Source: Mobula hypostoma
Lineage: Eukaryota
Reading direction: 5' to 3'
Assembly: GCF_963921235.1 (NCBI RefSeq)
Contig: NC_086108.1
Span: 101,496,001 to 101,560,000, forward strand
DNA length: 64,000 nucleotides
Of the stretch, positions 11,582 through 23,862 are shown piece by piece. A program made the position numbers and the translations under genes. Within the stretch, counting starts at the first letter, position 1; every line of letters starts with the position of its first letter. The notes beneath the pieces were generated by a model, which saw only the letters and a list, made by a program, of their open reading frames with translations, had not been told where the DNA came from and did not search any database.

Positions 11582-14500
11582 TTACCTTGGTTCGCGATGT
11601 GGGTTGGGGTGCTGTCCAGCATTTACTCGTTTACTCCTGCAGGGTGCTGCCACAGGAGGGCTACCGACCTCTGCCCCTGCAGTAGCCATCGTCGGCTCCC
11701 CAGTCTCAGTTCCAGAAGGTGTCATATTTTCAGAAGATATGCTGTCTAGGATAGGGTCAAGATCCTGTACACCCTGTTCTGACATATCTTCTACCACTAT
11801 CACACCATTCTCTGAATCCTCAGAATCTGAATAATGCCCCAGAGGTCAGCTGGCCTGAGTTACTGGAGTTTGCAGTCTCCTTCGGGTAGCTGGAGTGGGA
11901 TGGTTCTCACAGGGCCTGATGTCTACCCTGTTCACCCTCTTGCTAGGCCCACCCTCCCAAGGTTCCACCGTGTAGGTGTTGCCCAGTACCTCTACCACCC
12001 TGTAGACAGTTGAGTTCCAAGCATCCTGAATCTTATTACGGCCTAATAGTCTGTTCCTCAGGTAAACCAGCACATCCACATCAACTTTGGGACAGTAGAC
12101 CTTGTCCTCCTGCCAGGCAATGCGTTCTGCCGCCTTCTGTCCAGAGTATTCTTTTGCTCTGGTATGCACATCCCTCAGTCAGCTCTGGTGTACAGCCAGC
12201 CAGTCATGTTTCCGGTCCACCGTCTGTTCTTGCCCCAGCAGAGCATCCACGGGCAGGTAGGGATCCACCCCAAACAGCAGATAGTAAGGTGAATACCCGG
12301 TGGTTGCGTGAGGTGTCGCCTTATGCGCATACACCAACTCGGGTAGATATTCTGGCCGTCGGCGCTTCTTTTCTGGAGGCAACGTATGCAACAAATCGCG
12401 CATCGTCCTGTTGAAACGCTCACACTGCGCATTGCCGGTAAGATGATGGGGTGTAGTACAGCTCTCCTTTACCCCGTATAGTTTGCAAAGCTCCGCTATG
12501 ACCTCACTTTCGGAGTTACGGCCCTGGTCAGAATGCAGTCTCTCAGGAACACCGTACTTCATGAACCATTCCCTCAAGAGCACCTTTGCTGTGGTATCCG
12601 CCTTTTGATCTCGAGTCGGAAATGCTTGGATAAATTTAGTGAAAACGTCCGTGACCACTAAGACATTCTCATGCCCGTCACTTGCCGGCTCCAACACAGT
12701 GAAATCTACAGTTACAACTTCAAGCGGCTCAGGAGCCAGAAATGACTTCATGGGGGAACGGATCCTGGATTGTGGCATCTAAGTTAGCACACAACGTGGA
12801 CAATTTTTGATCCACCTCGTGGACCATAGACATCCTCGTGTACGCCCACTCAAAAACATCGATTTCTCAACAACTGCAGAGTACATTCTATGCCTTGATG
12901 GCCCATAGAGTCATGTACATATAACACTTTGCTCCTCAAGCTGATAGGAACCAGAAGCTGGTAACACTCCCCAAGCTTCTCATCCTCAACTACCCTATAC
13001 AGTAACCCTTTACGCTCCCTGATACCGTCCCACTGTTTAACGGAGAAAAAAACAGGTTTAGGCAGAGTTTTACGCTCCTGGCCACTCAGCTTTCTTTTCA
13101 GATCCCACAAGTCTCGTAGGACACTTAACACAAGGTCTTGCTGCTGAAAAGTATGCAAGTCCCCGTTAGAATAACCTGGGAGGGTTAGAGTGTTCCCTTG
13201 CGTCGGACCACTTACATCACGAGTACCAGCTTCCCAGGCTGGAATTTGCTTAACCATACAGCTGTTAAGACCAGCGGTAACCAGTGCCGGGTCAAGGGCA
13301 GTGCCGTGACTGATCAAACTACAGATCGCCACAGCCCCATCAAACTCCACATCCTCCGAGACAGGCTTAGGCTCCCCTGCAAATGGCTGCCTAGGGAGTG
13401 CATCAGCCACGGTATTGCTCCGACTCGGATGATACTGGACATCGAAGTCAAACACTGACCGCTGTGAGATCCATCTCTGCTCCACTGCTCCCAACTTGGC
13501 AGTTTTCAAGTGGGATAGGGGGTTATTATCAGTGATTACAGTGAATTTGGAACCCAACAAGTATCCACGAAACTTCTCTACTACATCCCAATTAAGTGCA
13601 CGGCATTCCTTAATCGCCGGCTAGCATATGCAATAACCCTCTTTCCCCCTCCATGCTATTGGTATAACACCTCCTAGCCCATGATTGCAGGCATCGGTCT
13701 CCACTATAAAGGGCTGGGAGAAATCGGCAAAGCCAAGGATGGGGGAACTGGTCAGTTTCTCTTCGAGTAAGCCAAAGGCAGTTTGACATTCTTCGGTCCA
13801 AGACCGTTCTAACAGCCGGTTTGTTTTACTTGGGCTCCCTACATTAGTACACAAATTCACTACATCATGCAGTGGACCTGCAATCTTTGAGAATCCCTGA
13901 ATGAACCGTCGATAATAACTGCAAAAGCCAAGAAACGATCTTAAGTCCTGAACTGGGCCACCGCTGAACAGCTGAGACCTCCTCAGGATCGGTGCCTATC
14001 CCCCGGTGTCCTAGGACCTTGAGCTCTGACTGCAGAAAATGACACTTCTCAGACCAGTCTCCTGGAGGCGCTTAAACACAGTGTCGAGCCTCTCCGAGTG
14101 TTCCTGGAAAGTCTGTGAATACACCAAAATATCATCCGAGTACACAAGCATGATTTGTAAAACTAAGTCATTCATGGTTGCCTGCATGAGCCTTTGAAAA
14201 GTCGCCGGTCCATTGCAGACCACAAACGGCATACGAAGATATTCATACAGACCAAACGGGGTCGAAAAACAGTCTTATGCCCAACACACTCCTCTACTGC
14301 CACTTGGTGGTAACCACTTGCAAGGTCTATTGTCGAGAAAAATTGCGCGTCCTGCAGGGCATCAAAACTCTCATCAATACGCGGGAGCGGGAACGCGTCC
14401 TTTCTGGTCTTAAGATTCAGTCTCCGATAATCTACACACAGTCTTATGCGACTATCTGCCTTCCGGACCAACACCACAGGCGAGGCATACGCACTATTGC

Positions 14501-15560
14501 TCTCCTGAATCACGTCCTTCCTCAGTAACTTTGAGATGTGCTCTTTCACTTCATTGTACTGGTTCGGCGGAACGCGACGGTATGGCCGTGAAACAGGCTC
14601 GTCATCAATTAACCGAATTTCATGTTTGACCTTGTCAGTGTACCCAAGATCTTCCTCTTCAACTGCAAAGATATCCAGGTACTTAACCAGTAAAGCTCTT
14701 CGCTGAGCTTGTTGTCCTTCACCACCCCCAGTGTCCAGCTTGTCTAGAATTGACTTTCACTTGTGATTACTACACTTCTCCCTTACGCCCACTCACGTGA
14801 TCAATGCCAGCTGAGATCCACTGAAATCTTACTGCACATTGTGGATCACTATCCACGCACTCCACCTTTGACAGGATCCCAGTCGGGTCCTAGGTGTGAG
14901 CCGTACATCCTCTCGAGAGAGATTTAAAATCTGTACTGGCACTATACCATTACCAGAGTCAATGAGCGGAGGAATGACGATAACACCACCTTGTAAAGGG
15001 GCGTTAAATGGCTCAAGTAACATTTTATGGTCACTACTAGCATCGCCAGTGGCCTTGCTAGCTGCAATGGTGCCTACAGATCCAGCAGGTATGTGCTCAG
15101 TATCTTTTCCCAATACCTGGACTACTGCTTTCTTTTCGGTAGTGTGCATTTGAACTTTCTGGAAAACATCTCCAATCAGAGTCCAGCTTCCCTACTAGGG
15201 TTGTGTCAAACTCTGCGCAGACAAGTTGCCTACACTGGCGGATAATGTTCATGCCTACAATACATGGGATAGGTGGTTCAGTGCTCACAGGATCCCTGAC
15301 TACTAGAAAACCACAATTTGGTATCTTCATGCCCATGCTTGAACCTCTAGCTCTAGATACCCAAGGTAAGGAATATCAAGACCATTTGCAGCTGTTAGCC
15401 TAAGCCACCCAGCAGTGGACAACATATCCTCATCCTCTCCATTCAAGTGTTCTCGAAAGAACTGCTCGTCAGGAAGAGGGTCAGGGTGCTTACTTGACTA
15501 CCTGTGTCCAACAGACAATGGACAGTAACACCTGATATTTCAAGCTTAACAGGACACGTT
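11582..15560 (-). pseudogene. pol: Gypsy pol pseudogene (protease, RT, RNase H, integrase)
   Basis: LLDTGSQVSTL (protease); RLCVDYRRLN, IDLASGYHQV, MPF..CNGPATFQR, VYSDDIL (RT, YxDD); FIVETDAC, TDNNPL (RNase H); HDSMGHQG, VDF...LHSDQG...GNAQCERFNRT (integrase DDE). Confidence 0.92.
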
Positions 15561-17504
15561 CCTATGGCGCATTGAAGCAACTGGCCATGGGATAGCTGTA
15601 TATTATCTGTATCTATGAGGTTCTGCGAATTGCCCGACTCCCAACCTCTTGAGAGCGAGAGGATGCAGACTCCACTTCCCTTGCACCCCGCTTCCGTGGG
15701 CAATTCTTAGCCAAATGCCCTCCCACCTGACACTTGAAACATATTGGTGGCCCATCTTCTGTGAATCTAGGCTGTAAATTACGTCTACTGCTAGTAGCAC
15801 ATGTAAAATCCCTCTGTACAGTGAGATCTTTCACTGCTTGAGTTAATTCACAAAGGGCTTTGACCTACTCTGCGACTACTTTAAGGATGTCATCTAGTGC
15901 GACAGACTCAGATTCCCGAGCTTTAAGAGTCGAACACTGTGCCTGGCTACTGCTACACTTTGACTTTACAGACTTCGTATTTCCCAGGGGCTCTTCTGCG
16001 AGCCACAGACGAGCCTCCTCTCTCACTTCTATCATTGAGGACTCAGGGTGGTCCTGTACAAATCTGTGGAGCTCCCTTCTGAGGGAAGGATCCCTGATCC
16101 CCTCTATAAATTGATCTCTTAGCACCACCCTCTCATTGGTCATGGCACCAGGGGAGTGCTTCAGTATATAAGAGCTTGGGCTAGGGCGTGTGAAAACTCT
16201 CTGACATCTTCACCCTCACGCTGTTTGTGACTGTAGAAGCCATGCCACAGCTGGGGTGCACTATGCTCGTCTCTAAAAGCTTCCCTGAGATAGGTGAACA
16301 AGTCATCAGCCTGGTCTTCCTCAGCATCACTGCGCATACGTGCTTCCGCTAAGGCTGCACTCCTGAGCAGGGACATAACAAAGTCATACTGATCCTGGTC
16401 AGACTTGTTCTAGTATGAAGTGCACGTTGTACTTCTTCAATAAAGTCATCAACAGACCTCCCATCTTTCTCAACATCCCCTGTAAATGGAACAGTGTGTC
16501 TTTCCCTTGGTACATATACATAGGACCTCTTGCTTAATTTATCTATGGTTACCATGGCTTCATCATATCTACTGTGCAATTCCCTAATTTGTTCATTCAA
16601 ATCAAGTTCAACTGGTGTGTCCTCTGTGACGAGAATACACATAAAATTAAGATGTTTGCTGGCCTGGGCTAGCATCAGTGGCATCAGCAGTTGGTCTGCC
16701 ACCTGCCCTCAGGGGAAGGAGAGATAGGGAACAATGGAGCAGCGTCTGGAGATGTGTAATGAAGGGACGTGGGAGAGAGAGCTGTCGGGAGCGGCTTCCC
16801 CTTTGAACCCTGAACTGTTTGAAGTGGTGGACAGGCGATGCCCCAGCAGGGGGATAAAAAGGGACAGGTTCGCTAAGGCAGGACACACACACGCCACCCG
16901 AGGTAACGAGACCCTGGAAGCGGTACGCTTCTCACGAGTCGGTGGGAAGTACCAGACAACGACCAGGGTGGAAAGGTACGATCAGCGGGAACCCGGTGTG
17001 TGTCCGCCCTTGCCTGGGTGCCGGGTTCACTGCAGAGGATCGACCGCATCTGGAGGAGGGGTCACAGTCGGTGACCTCAGGTGACATCACCAAGGACCCG
17101 CCCAAAAGCTATTTGTGAGCCATCTCGCCGGTCTGTGAGTGAAGCCGTGTCTGAATGATCAGTTGTTCCTGTTCCCTCTCTTTCTTCCCCCACGTTGTCC
17201 ATCGCCATGGCAACGATTACTGCGAACTGAACTACTAAACTGGACTGAACTTTGAGTCACTTTGAAATTTGGTCATTTACCCCTAGACAACGATAGAGCT
17301 TGATTGATGCTGTTATCTTAATTCTGTGCACATGTGTGGTTATCATTGCTGAACTGTTGCATTTATTATCCTTTCGATTACTGTGTTGCTTGTTTCTTTA
17401 ATAAAACTTTCTTAGTTCTAGTAATCCAGACTCCAACTGAGTGATCCATTTCTGCTGGTTTGGCAACCCAGTTACGGGGTACGTAACACCTCTGAGTGTA
17501 ACAT
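15560..17504 (-). pseudogene. gag: Gypsy gag pseudogene, interrupted by solo LTR 16625-17488
   Basis: Removing the insert gives ATG (17504) MLHSEDTPVELDLNEQIRELH...YVYVPRER. Also contains LRDQFIEGIRD and the CFKCQVGGHLAKNC zinc knuckle. Confidence 0.85.
16625..17488 (+). mobile_element. Solo LTR (864 bp) of a third family
   Basis: TGTGACG...CGTAACA termini; perfect TSD cctc (16621-16624 and 17489-17492); TATA-like gataaaa ~16854 and AATAAA at 17400. Confidence 0.92.
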
Positions 17505-17812
17505 AGTAAAAGCTCAAGTCTTTAAAGTTTTCACAACAAGCCTGCAAAAGGAGTTGCTGCCGTCCTTTGCCGCAAACACGATGGCTCCACAGCCCGCAGT
17601 TCCCTGGATCCACGCCACCATTTTGCATCCTGACATCAATCGCTGACATCCCAGCCCATTCCCGAAGCTCCACCACACTCTCCACATGGCAACAGGTGCT
17701 CTCTCCTTCTGCCCGACAGGAACAGCAGTCCTGGTCTTCTCCACTACCGTATTAGGTATTGTACATTATACTGCATACAACAATCAGAGACCCTCTACAC
17801 TGGCTTGGAATT

Positions 17813-17831
17813 AACCCCACTCCTGGTACTA
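17813..17831 (-). promoter_or_regulatory. Primer-binding site complementary to the tRNA-Leu(UAA) 3' end
   Basis: Plus-strand aaccccactcctggtacta matches the vertebrate tRNA-Leu(TAA) 3' end AACCCCACTCCTGGTACCA, recalled from memory, with one mismatch. Lies 5 nt from the 5' LTR end. Confidence 0.8.
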
Positions 17832-17836
17832 AATCT

Positions 17837-18731
17837 TGTAGCCTGGGGAAAAGTACACACTCAGGACAACAAATACTTTTTCGGGTTTTAATTCCTTTAT
17901 CTGTTTTAGATGTTTTAGTGCCAAAAGCAGGTCTCAAAACAAAACAAACGAATTTACAACCAGTTCCTGCCATTACAATCTCAGTTTAACTTTCGATCCA
18001 CACCCTTGTGTATGGACAGAATTGTGTATGCAGTATAAAAATATATAAAGCAAACCACACTGTACTAATACCATACTAATACTGTAGTGGCAATTCTGAA
18101 GGAACACGATACAAACAACACTAGAATCACACCAACCCTGTAGCTTATACATAGCAGTGAAAATGTAAGCGAATACATCTCATCTAAGATGTCTACTCCC
18201 TTTTAGGACACACGTGCTTAACTTCCAAACAGAGACTAAACATTCACATTACGCTGTTACATGCACAATCAGTCATGATACAATAAAGTTAGACAAAAGG
18301 TACTCTTTGGCACAACTTTTACAAGATATTGCCTGGTAGTTAAATTGCAGGAAGACCGACCTACTTGGCCGGTAAGGAACTTTGCACAAGCCATGCTGTC
18401 CAGCGCCGATGCTTTCAGTCGTGAAAATCTAAAGCATCCACATGTAAAACATGTCAAATTACCGATATTCTCGATTCGCCAACAAGCATAAACAAATTCA
18501 CATGGATATTGTCAAATACTCACCTTTCCTCACCATGCCCAGCATCTCTGGGAGGAACTTAATCCCAAAGCCCCACCAGCTTCTTCTGCCAAAAACAAAA
18601 ATGGTCTCCCCACTACCCCGCACGTGCATAATGACATCTCCACTTAAAGGCACAGACAACTATTCTAGTATTACCTAGATGGATGCCTAAGTGCAATTTT
18701 AACGATAATGAATAAGATTCAACTGTTGCCC
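17837..18731 (-). repeat. 5' LTR of the Gypsy element (outer terminus eroded)
   Basis: Direct repeat of 9956-10131 plus 10734-11420. The terminal ggttaca and the TSD are not seen on this side. Confidence 0.88.
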
Positions 18732-18964
18732 TAATAATCTGGCCTCCCTCATCCCAGGTACAGAGAATTCCAGAGATTCTCTACCCTCTTAGAGAGAGAT
18801 TCATTATCCACTTAAAATTTCTAAGCCGGAAAACAAATTTCTTTGGGCCAGCACTGCTGTCAACCACCATAAAATGACAAATTATCAAAGCTTTACTTCA
18901 TTTTGCTTCCCAGTGATTACAGCTGCTTTGGTGTGCAAAGTACTCCACATTTTGTTTGTACATG

Positions 18965-19469
18965 CACTCAGTGGAAGCTTTATTAGGTATCTCTTGTACC
19001 TAATCAAGTTGCCATTGAGTGTATATTTGTGGTCTTCTGCTGCTTGCTTTTCCATTACAAGGTTCACCATGTTCTATGTTCAGAGATGTTGTCCTGCACA
19101 CCACTGTTATAATGCATGTTATTCTACTGTCACCTTCCTATCAAATTGAACCAGTCTGCCCATTTTCCTTTGACCTTTCTCATTAGAAGTAATTTTCTTC
19201 CACAAAGCTGCCACTTACTGATTTTTTTTTTTGTTTCCCCCCAGGAGATCAGCAGATTATGAGATTCTCAAACTACCCTGTCTGGCAACAACAATCATTC
19301 AACAGTCACATCCACTTTGGTCACATTTTTTCCCCCATTCTGATGTCTGATCTAAACAACTGAACCTCGTGACCATTCTTGCATCCATTTAGGAATTGAG
19401 TTGCTGCCACGTGATTGGCTGATTAATAGGCAGGTGTAGAAGTGTACCCAATAAAGTGACCGCTGAGTG
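18965..19469. mobile_element. MITE, Tc1/mariner-like non-autonomous DNA transposon
   Basis: Imperfect TIRs cactcagtggaagctttattaggta ... tacccaataaagtgaccgctgagtg; no coding capacity. Confidence 0.75.
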
Positions 19470-20419
19470 TCAATCTTGATACATGGTTATAGTCTCAGCT
19501 TCCAAAGGCATCTTGATGCAGCAAGTTTCTTTCTCAACCATTTGCATGTATTTGGAAAGAGTCTCAGGGAAATCTGTACATCTCCCTTAGTGTGTGTGTT
19601 TTATAATGGCATAATCAGAGTATTCAGTTTTAATAATTGAAGGCTTCTTGGTTTTCAACTCAACATAACAATAGGCAAGACTGAAAAGCCTCCAATTCAT
19701 TCAACACTCGATGGTAATCTCTGCTGAGATTTTTTCCGTTTTGGCAGAAGTGACAGCATGCAGCTGTTGGAGAATGAAAATGATTAGCTAAGGAACCAAA
19801 ACTGAGAGAAGGGAAGCATTTATTGCATAGTCGTTGGTTAGGTCTGGAATATCCTGCCAGTGGGTAGTATTGGAATCAGATTGAATTGTACCATTCAAAA
19901 TGGAGGTAGGGAAGTAAATGGAGTATGTTTCTGAAAGAAAACAATTTGTGGAGATTGAGGAGAGGACCAACCAGATTGCTTTTAAATGAAGCAAGTGTTG
20001 ACCCAACAGCTGAATGGTATCCTTCTAAGCTGTGACTGGCATGTGAAAGCCCCAAACAAATCATAACAGTTATTCCCCTTCTCACACTGTGGTTTGGATA
20101 GGATTCCTTCAGAAAGGATGGAGTTTGTCCAGGACAATTTGAGTATGAATTTTCTCAGCAGTGGAGACAAGGGAGACTGCACAATTATTCCCATGATTAG
20201 GTCTGTCTCTCTTGAATATTTTGTTTTTCCTCAGGAATAAATATTGTTCAGGTCTCAGTACTTTTACAAAATAATATTATGAGAACTTATGTTTCTACAT
20301 GAGAAGCATTTTCTCTCAAATATTTCAACAGTGCAAAACTCCCATGGTGCCACAAAGTCTGAAATATACATATTACATCCATTCATGTAACAAAATAGAA
20401 TCAGAATCGGGTTTGATAT

Positions 20420-21745
20420 AGAACCATAGAACCAAAGAACACTACAGCACAGAAAACAGGTCATTCAACCCTTCTAGTCTGTGCCGAAACTTTATTCCGC
20501 TAGTCCCATTGACCCGCACCCAGTCCATAACCCTCCAGACCTCTCCCATCTATGTATCTATCCAATTTATTCTTAAAACTTAAGAGTGAGCCCACATTTA
20601 CCACGTCAGATGTCAGCTCATTTCACACTCCCACCACTCTGAGTGAAGAAGCTCCCCCTAATGTTCCCCCAAGCCTTTCCCCTTTCTCCCTAAAGCCAAG
20701 TCCTCTCGTAGTTATCTCTCCTAAGTGGAAAGAGCCCACCTGCATTTACTCTGTCTATACCCCTCGTAATTTTGTAAACCTCTATCAAATCCCCCCTCAT
20801 TCTTCTACGCTCCAAGGAATAAAGTCCTAACCTGTTCAATCTTTCCCTGTAACTCAACTCCTGAAGACCTGGCAACATCCTAGTAAATCTTCTCTGCACT
20901 CTTGCAATCTTACTGATATCCTTCCTATAGTTAGGTGACCAGAACTGCACACAATACTCCAAATTTGGCCTCACCAATGTCTTTACAATCCCACCATAAC
21001 ATCCCAACTCCTATTCTCAATACTTTGATTTATGAATGCCAGGATGCCAAAAGCCTTCTTTACAACGCTGTCTACCTGTGACGCCACTTTCAGGGAATTA
21101 TGTATCTGAGCTCCCAGATCCCTTTGTTCCTCCGCACTCCTCAGTGCCCTACCATTTACTCTGTATGCCTTACTTTGATTTGTCCTTTCAAAATGCAACA
21201 CCTCACACTTGTCTGCATTAAATTCCATCTGCCATTTTCTGGCCCATTTTTCCAGTTGGTCCAGATCCCTATGCAAGCTTTGAAAGCCTTCCTCGCTGTC
21301 CACAATGCCTCCAATCTTAGTGTCATCAGCAAACTTGCTGATCCAGTTTACCACATTATTATCTAGATCATTGATATAGACAACAAACAACAATTGTCTC
21401 AGCACAGATCCCTGAGGCACACCACTAGTCACAGGCCTCCAGTCTGAGAAGCAATCATCCACTACCACTCTGTCTTCTCCCACACAGCCAATTTTGAATC
21501 CAGTTTACAACCTCTCCATGGATACCTAACGTCTGAACCTTCTGAACCAACTTCTCATTTGGGACCTTGTCAAATGCTGTGCTAAAGTCCATGTATACAA
21601 CATCCACAGCCTTTCCTTCATATACTTTCTTGGCAAGCTCCTCGAAAAACTCTACAAGATTTGTTAAACATGATCTACCACGCACAAAGCCATGCTGACG
21701 ATCCTTAATCAGCCCTTAGCTGTCCAAATACTTGTATATCCATTT
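20420..21745 (-). mobile_element. CR1 LINE, 5'-truncated (RT)
   Basis: GRSCLTNL, SGVPQGSVL, KFADDTK, LERRRMRGDL; tail (gttctatg)-like at 20420-20438. Confidence 0.92.
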
Positions 21746-22655
21746 AGAAATCAGATGGCTGTTCCTGAATCTCTGAGGGTGTGCCTTCAGGTTTCTGCCC
21801 CTCCTCCCTGAAGGTAAAAATGAGAAGAGGGAATATCCTGGGTGGTGGGGGTCCTTCATGATGGACGCTGCCTTACTGAGGCACTGCTCCACCCATTTTA
21901 CCTGCCACAGGAGAATTCAGCAATCATTTTGGTAGTGGTGTACATTCCACCTCAGACCAAAGTTAGCACTCTTGATGGTGTTGGCAATCAAGCAAAGACC
22001 GAAAATCATCACTGGGTTGTTTTGTATGAGAAAGGACTCAAGTTCTAAACACTGTTATGTGAAAGCAGCATCCATCGTCAAGGACCCCTATCATTTAGTC
22101 CGTGCTCTCTTCTTGCAGTTTCCATTAGGAAGGAGATAGAGGAACCTTAGGTCCTATACCATCAGGTTCAGGAATAGTTATTACCCTACATCCATCAGTC
22201 TCCTGGATCATCACTCAGCTCAAAAACTGAACTGATTCCACAACCTACAGGCTCATTTTCAAGGACTGTACAATTCACGTTCTCAGCTTTATTGATTAGC
22301 TTATGTAGTTCTGCCGAGCCCTGGCCCGAAACGTCAACTGTACTCTTTTCCATAGATGCTACCTTGCCTGCTGGGCTCCTCCAGCATTTTGTCTGTGTTG
22401 CTCGGATTTCCAGCATCTGCAGGTTTTCGCGTGTTAGTTATTTTTACAAACGTGTATTTGTTTCTTTCCTGTATTTGTTCAGTTTGCCTCCTTTTGCATA
22501 TCGGCTATTTGTCAGTCTTTGTCTGTAGTTTTTCATTCATTCTATTGTATTTCTTTGTTCTACTGTGAATACCTACAAGAAAATGAATTTCCGGGTAGAA
22601 TATAGTGACATATATGTACCTTGATAATAAATTTTACTTTAGCATTGACTTTTGA
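21746..22655. mobile_element. Mosaic of Rex1-like remnants in both orientations plus a Penelope tail piece (22319-22435)
   Basis: aaagcagcatccatcgtcaaggacccc...accaggttcaggaatagttattaccc resembles 9400-9520. ggcccgaaacgtcaactg is Penelope terminal sequence. Confidence 0.6.
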
Positions 22656-23177
22656 AGTTCTCCTGAATTTTCTACTCAATGCGCTCATATCATACGCTGC
22701 ACAACTCACATGAAACATAGAAGATTTGGAGTATTCTGAACTCAGATCTGAACGGGATATACAGTTACTCCTTGCAGCTTTGCATAGTTGCAGTACCAGC
22801 AATTTTGTTTTACTCACTCTTAGGGTATGAGAGGAAATAATGAAGAGATAAATTTCAAAATCACTGTAAAACAGTCAAATGCAGGAAACTTGAAATATAT
22901 AAAGTAAAGTGCAGGAAGTACTCTGCAAGTCAGGCAACACCCATGACCAGAGTTGATATTTCAGGTCAAAGAACTGCTATGTTTACAGTGGCTTTACTGA
23001 GATAACAGAACAGTTCCTCGGGGAAGGGTGTTCCTAAATTCGTCAAGAGGATAAGCTGAAGTGGTTGAATTCTCACTCTGACAGAATGGTAAGTCAACTC
23101 TTTGACAACAATTCTGTGACTGGGTTTCTTTGCAACTACTATTATAAGAAAGAGGAAAGGCAAATTCCATTATGAAA

Positions 23178-23862
23178 AGGTTCGTCCATCATCATCGATG
23201 AAGACCTCGACACCATTAGTACTTTTTATGAGGTCACTCAACCCGGCACTGATGGAAAGCGTGCCCGGGAGTGGCTCCACTAGATTCGAACTTGGGAACC
23301 TTCGCTCTCGGAGTCTGACGCTAATATCACTGCGCCACCAGCCGGTGATGATGTCGAGACTAGCGCTTGATTTGGATTTAAGTGAGGGAGAGTTGCACAC
23401 CGTCAGTCTCACTCTCTCTTCCCAATTCCCATCTGGATCCAGTGGCAAGACAGAGTCGAGACGGCTGGAGATGGGACTTGGCGCAATGGATTACCAGGAC
23501 GTCTTCTGTATCTTGTCCTGCTCTACGCGTCCCACGACGCTTGCAGAGACCGCCTTCTCGACCGTTGGACCTTCCATTGGTCTCGTCCGCTCAATCAGCT
23601 GGAGTCTGTCTTCACATGCTGGGATAGACAACTCCCTTTGTCACCGAGGGTTTGAGACCCGTCGGCTACCTTCACCTGATTTAGCCGCCTTGTCGAAGCC
23701 GTTGCCCGAGGTGTGGCCGCAGTCGCATGCAAACAGCTACAGGGAGCCACAGGTGAGAGCTGAGTGCCAGGTGGGGACCAGAGATGGACAACCTGCCTTG
23801 AAAAGGACGCGACATGTCACCCCACCAGAGGTACTACCCCTCCCTGACACCCTATACACCCC
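23178..23862 (-). mobile_element. Non-coding, GC-rich interspersed element (RTE-like non-autonomous) hosting a SINE
   Basis: GC/CpG-rich block in an AT-rich background. Minus-strand 3' end has a ctcgac...gtcgag stem-loop followed by (gat)n. Confidence 0.55.
23218..23345 (-). mobile_element. Short tRNA-derived SINE
   Basis: Minus strand CCGGCTGGTGGCGCAGTG (A box)...AGTTCGAATC (B box), followed by a short body and A-rich end. Confidence 0.7.

Larger units (their letters stand above)
9956..18731 (-). mobile_element. Full-length but decayed Ty3/Gypsy LTR retrotransposon
   Basis: Two LTRs (9956-11430 and 17837-~18731), PBS, PPT, gag with CCHC knuckle, and pol in PR-RT-RNaseH-IN order. Many stops and frameshifts. 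Confidence 0.93.

Noticed and set aside
16349..16702. ORF start MADQLLMP as the gag N-terminus
   Set aside because: The first ~26 codons derive from the inserted solo LTR. The real start is probably the ATG at 17504.
19788..20194. Short minus-strand ORFs with an EGF-like look (CEKGNNCYDLFGAFTC) and a signal-peptide-like stretch
   Set aside because: Cysteine spacing is incomplete, stops occur nearby in all frames, and I found no convincing splice sites or neighbouring exons. A BLASTx would settle it.
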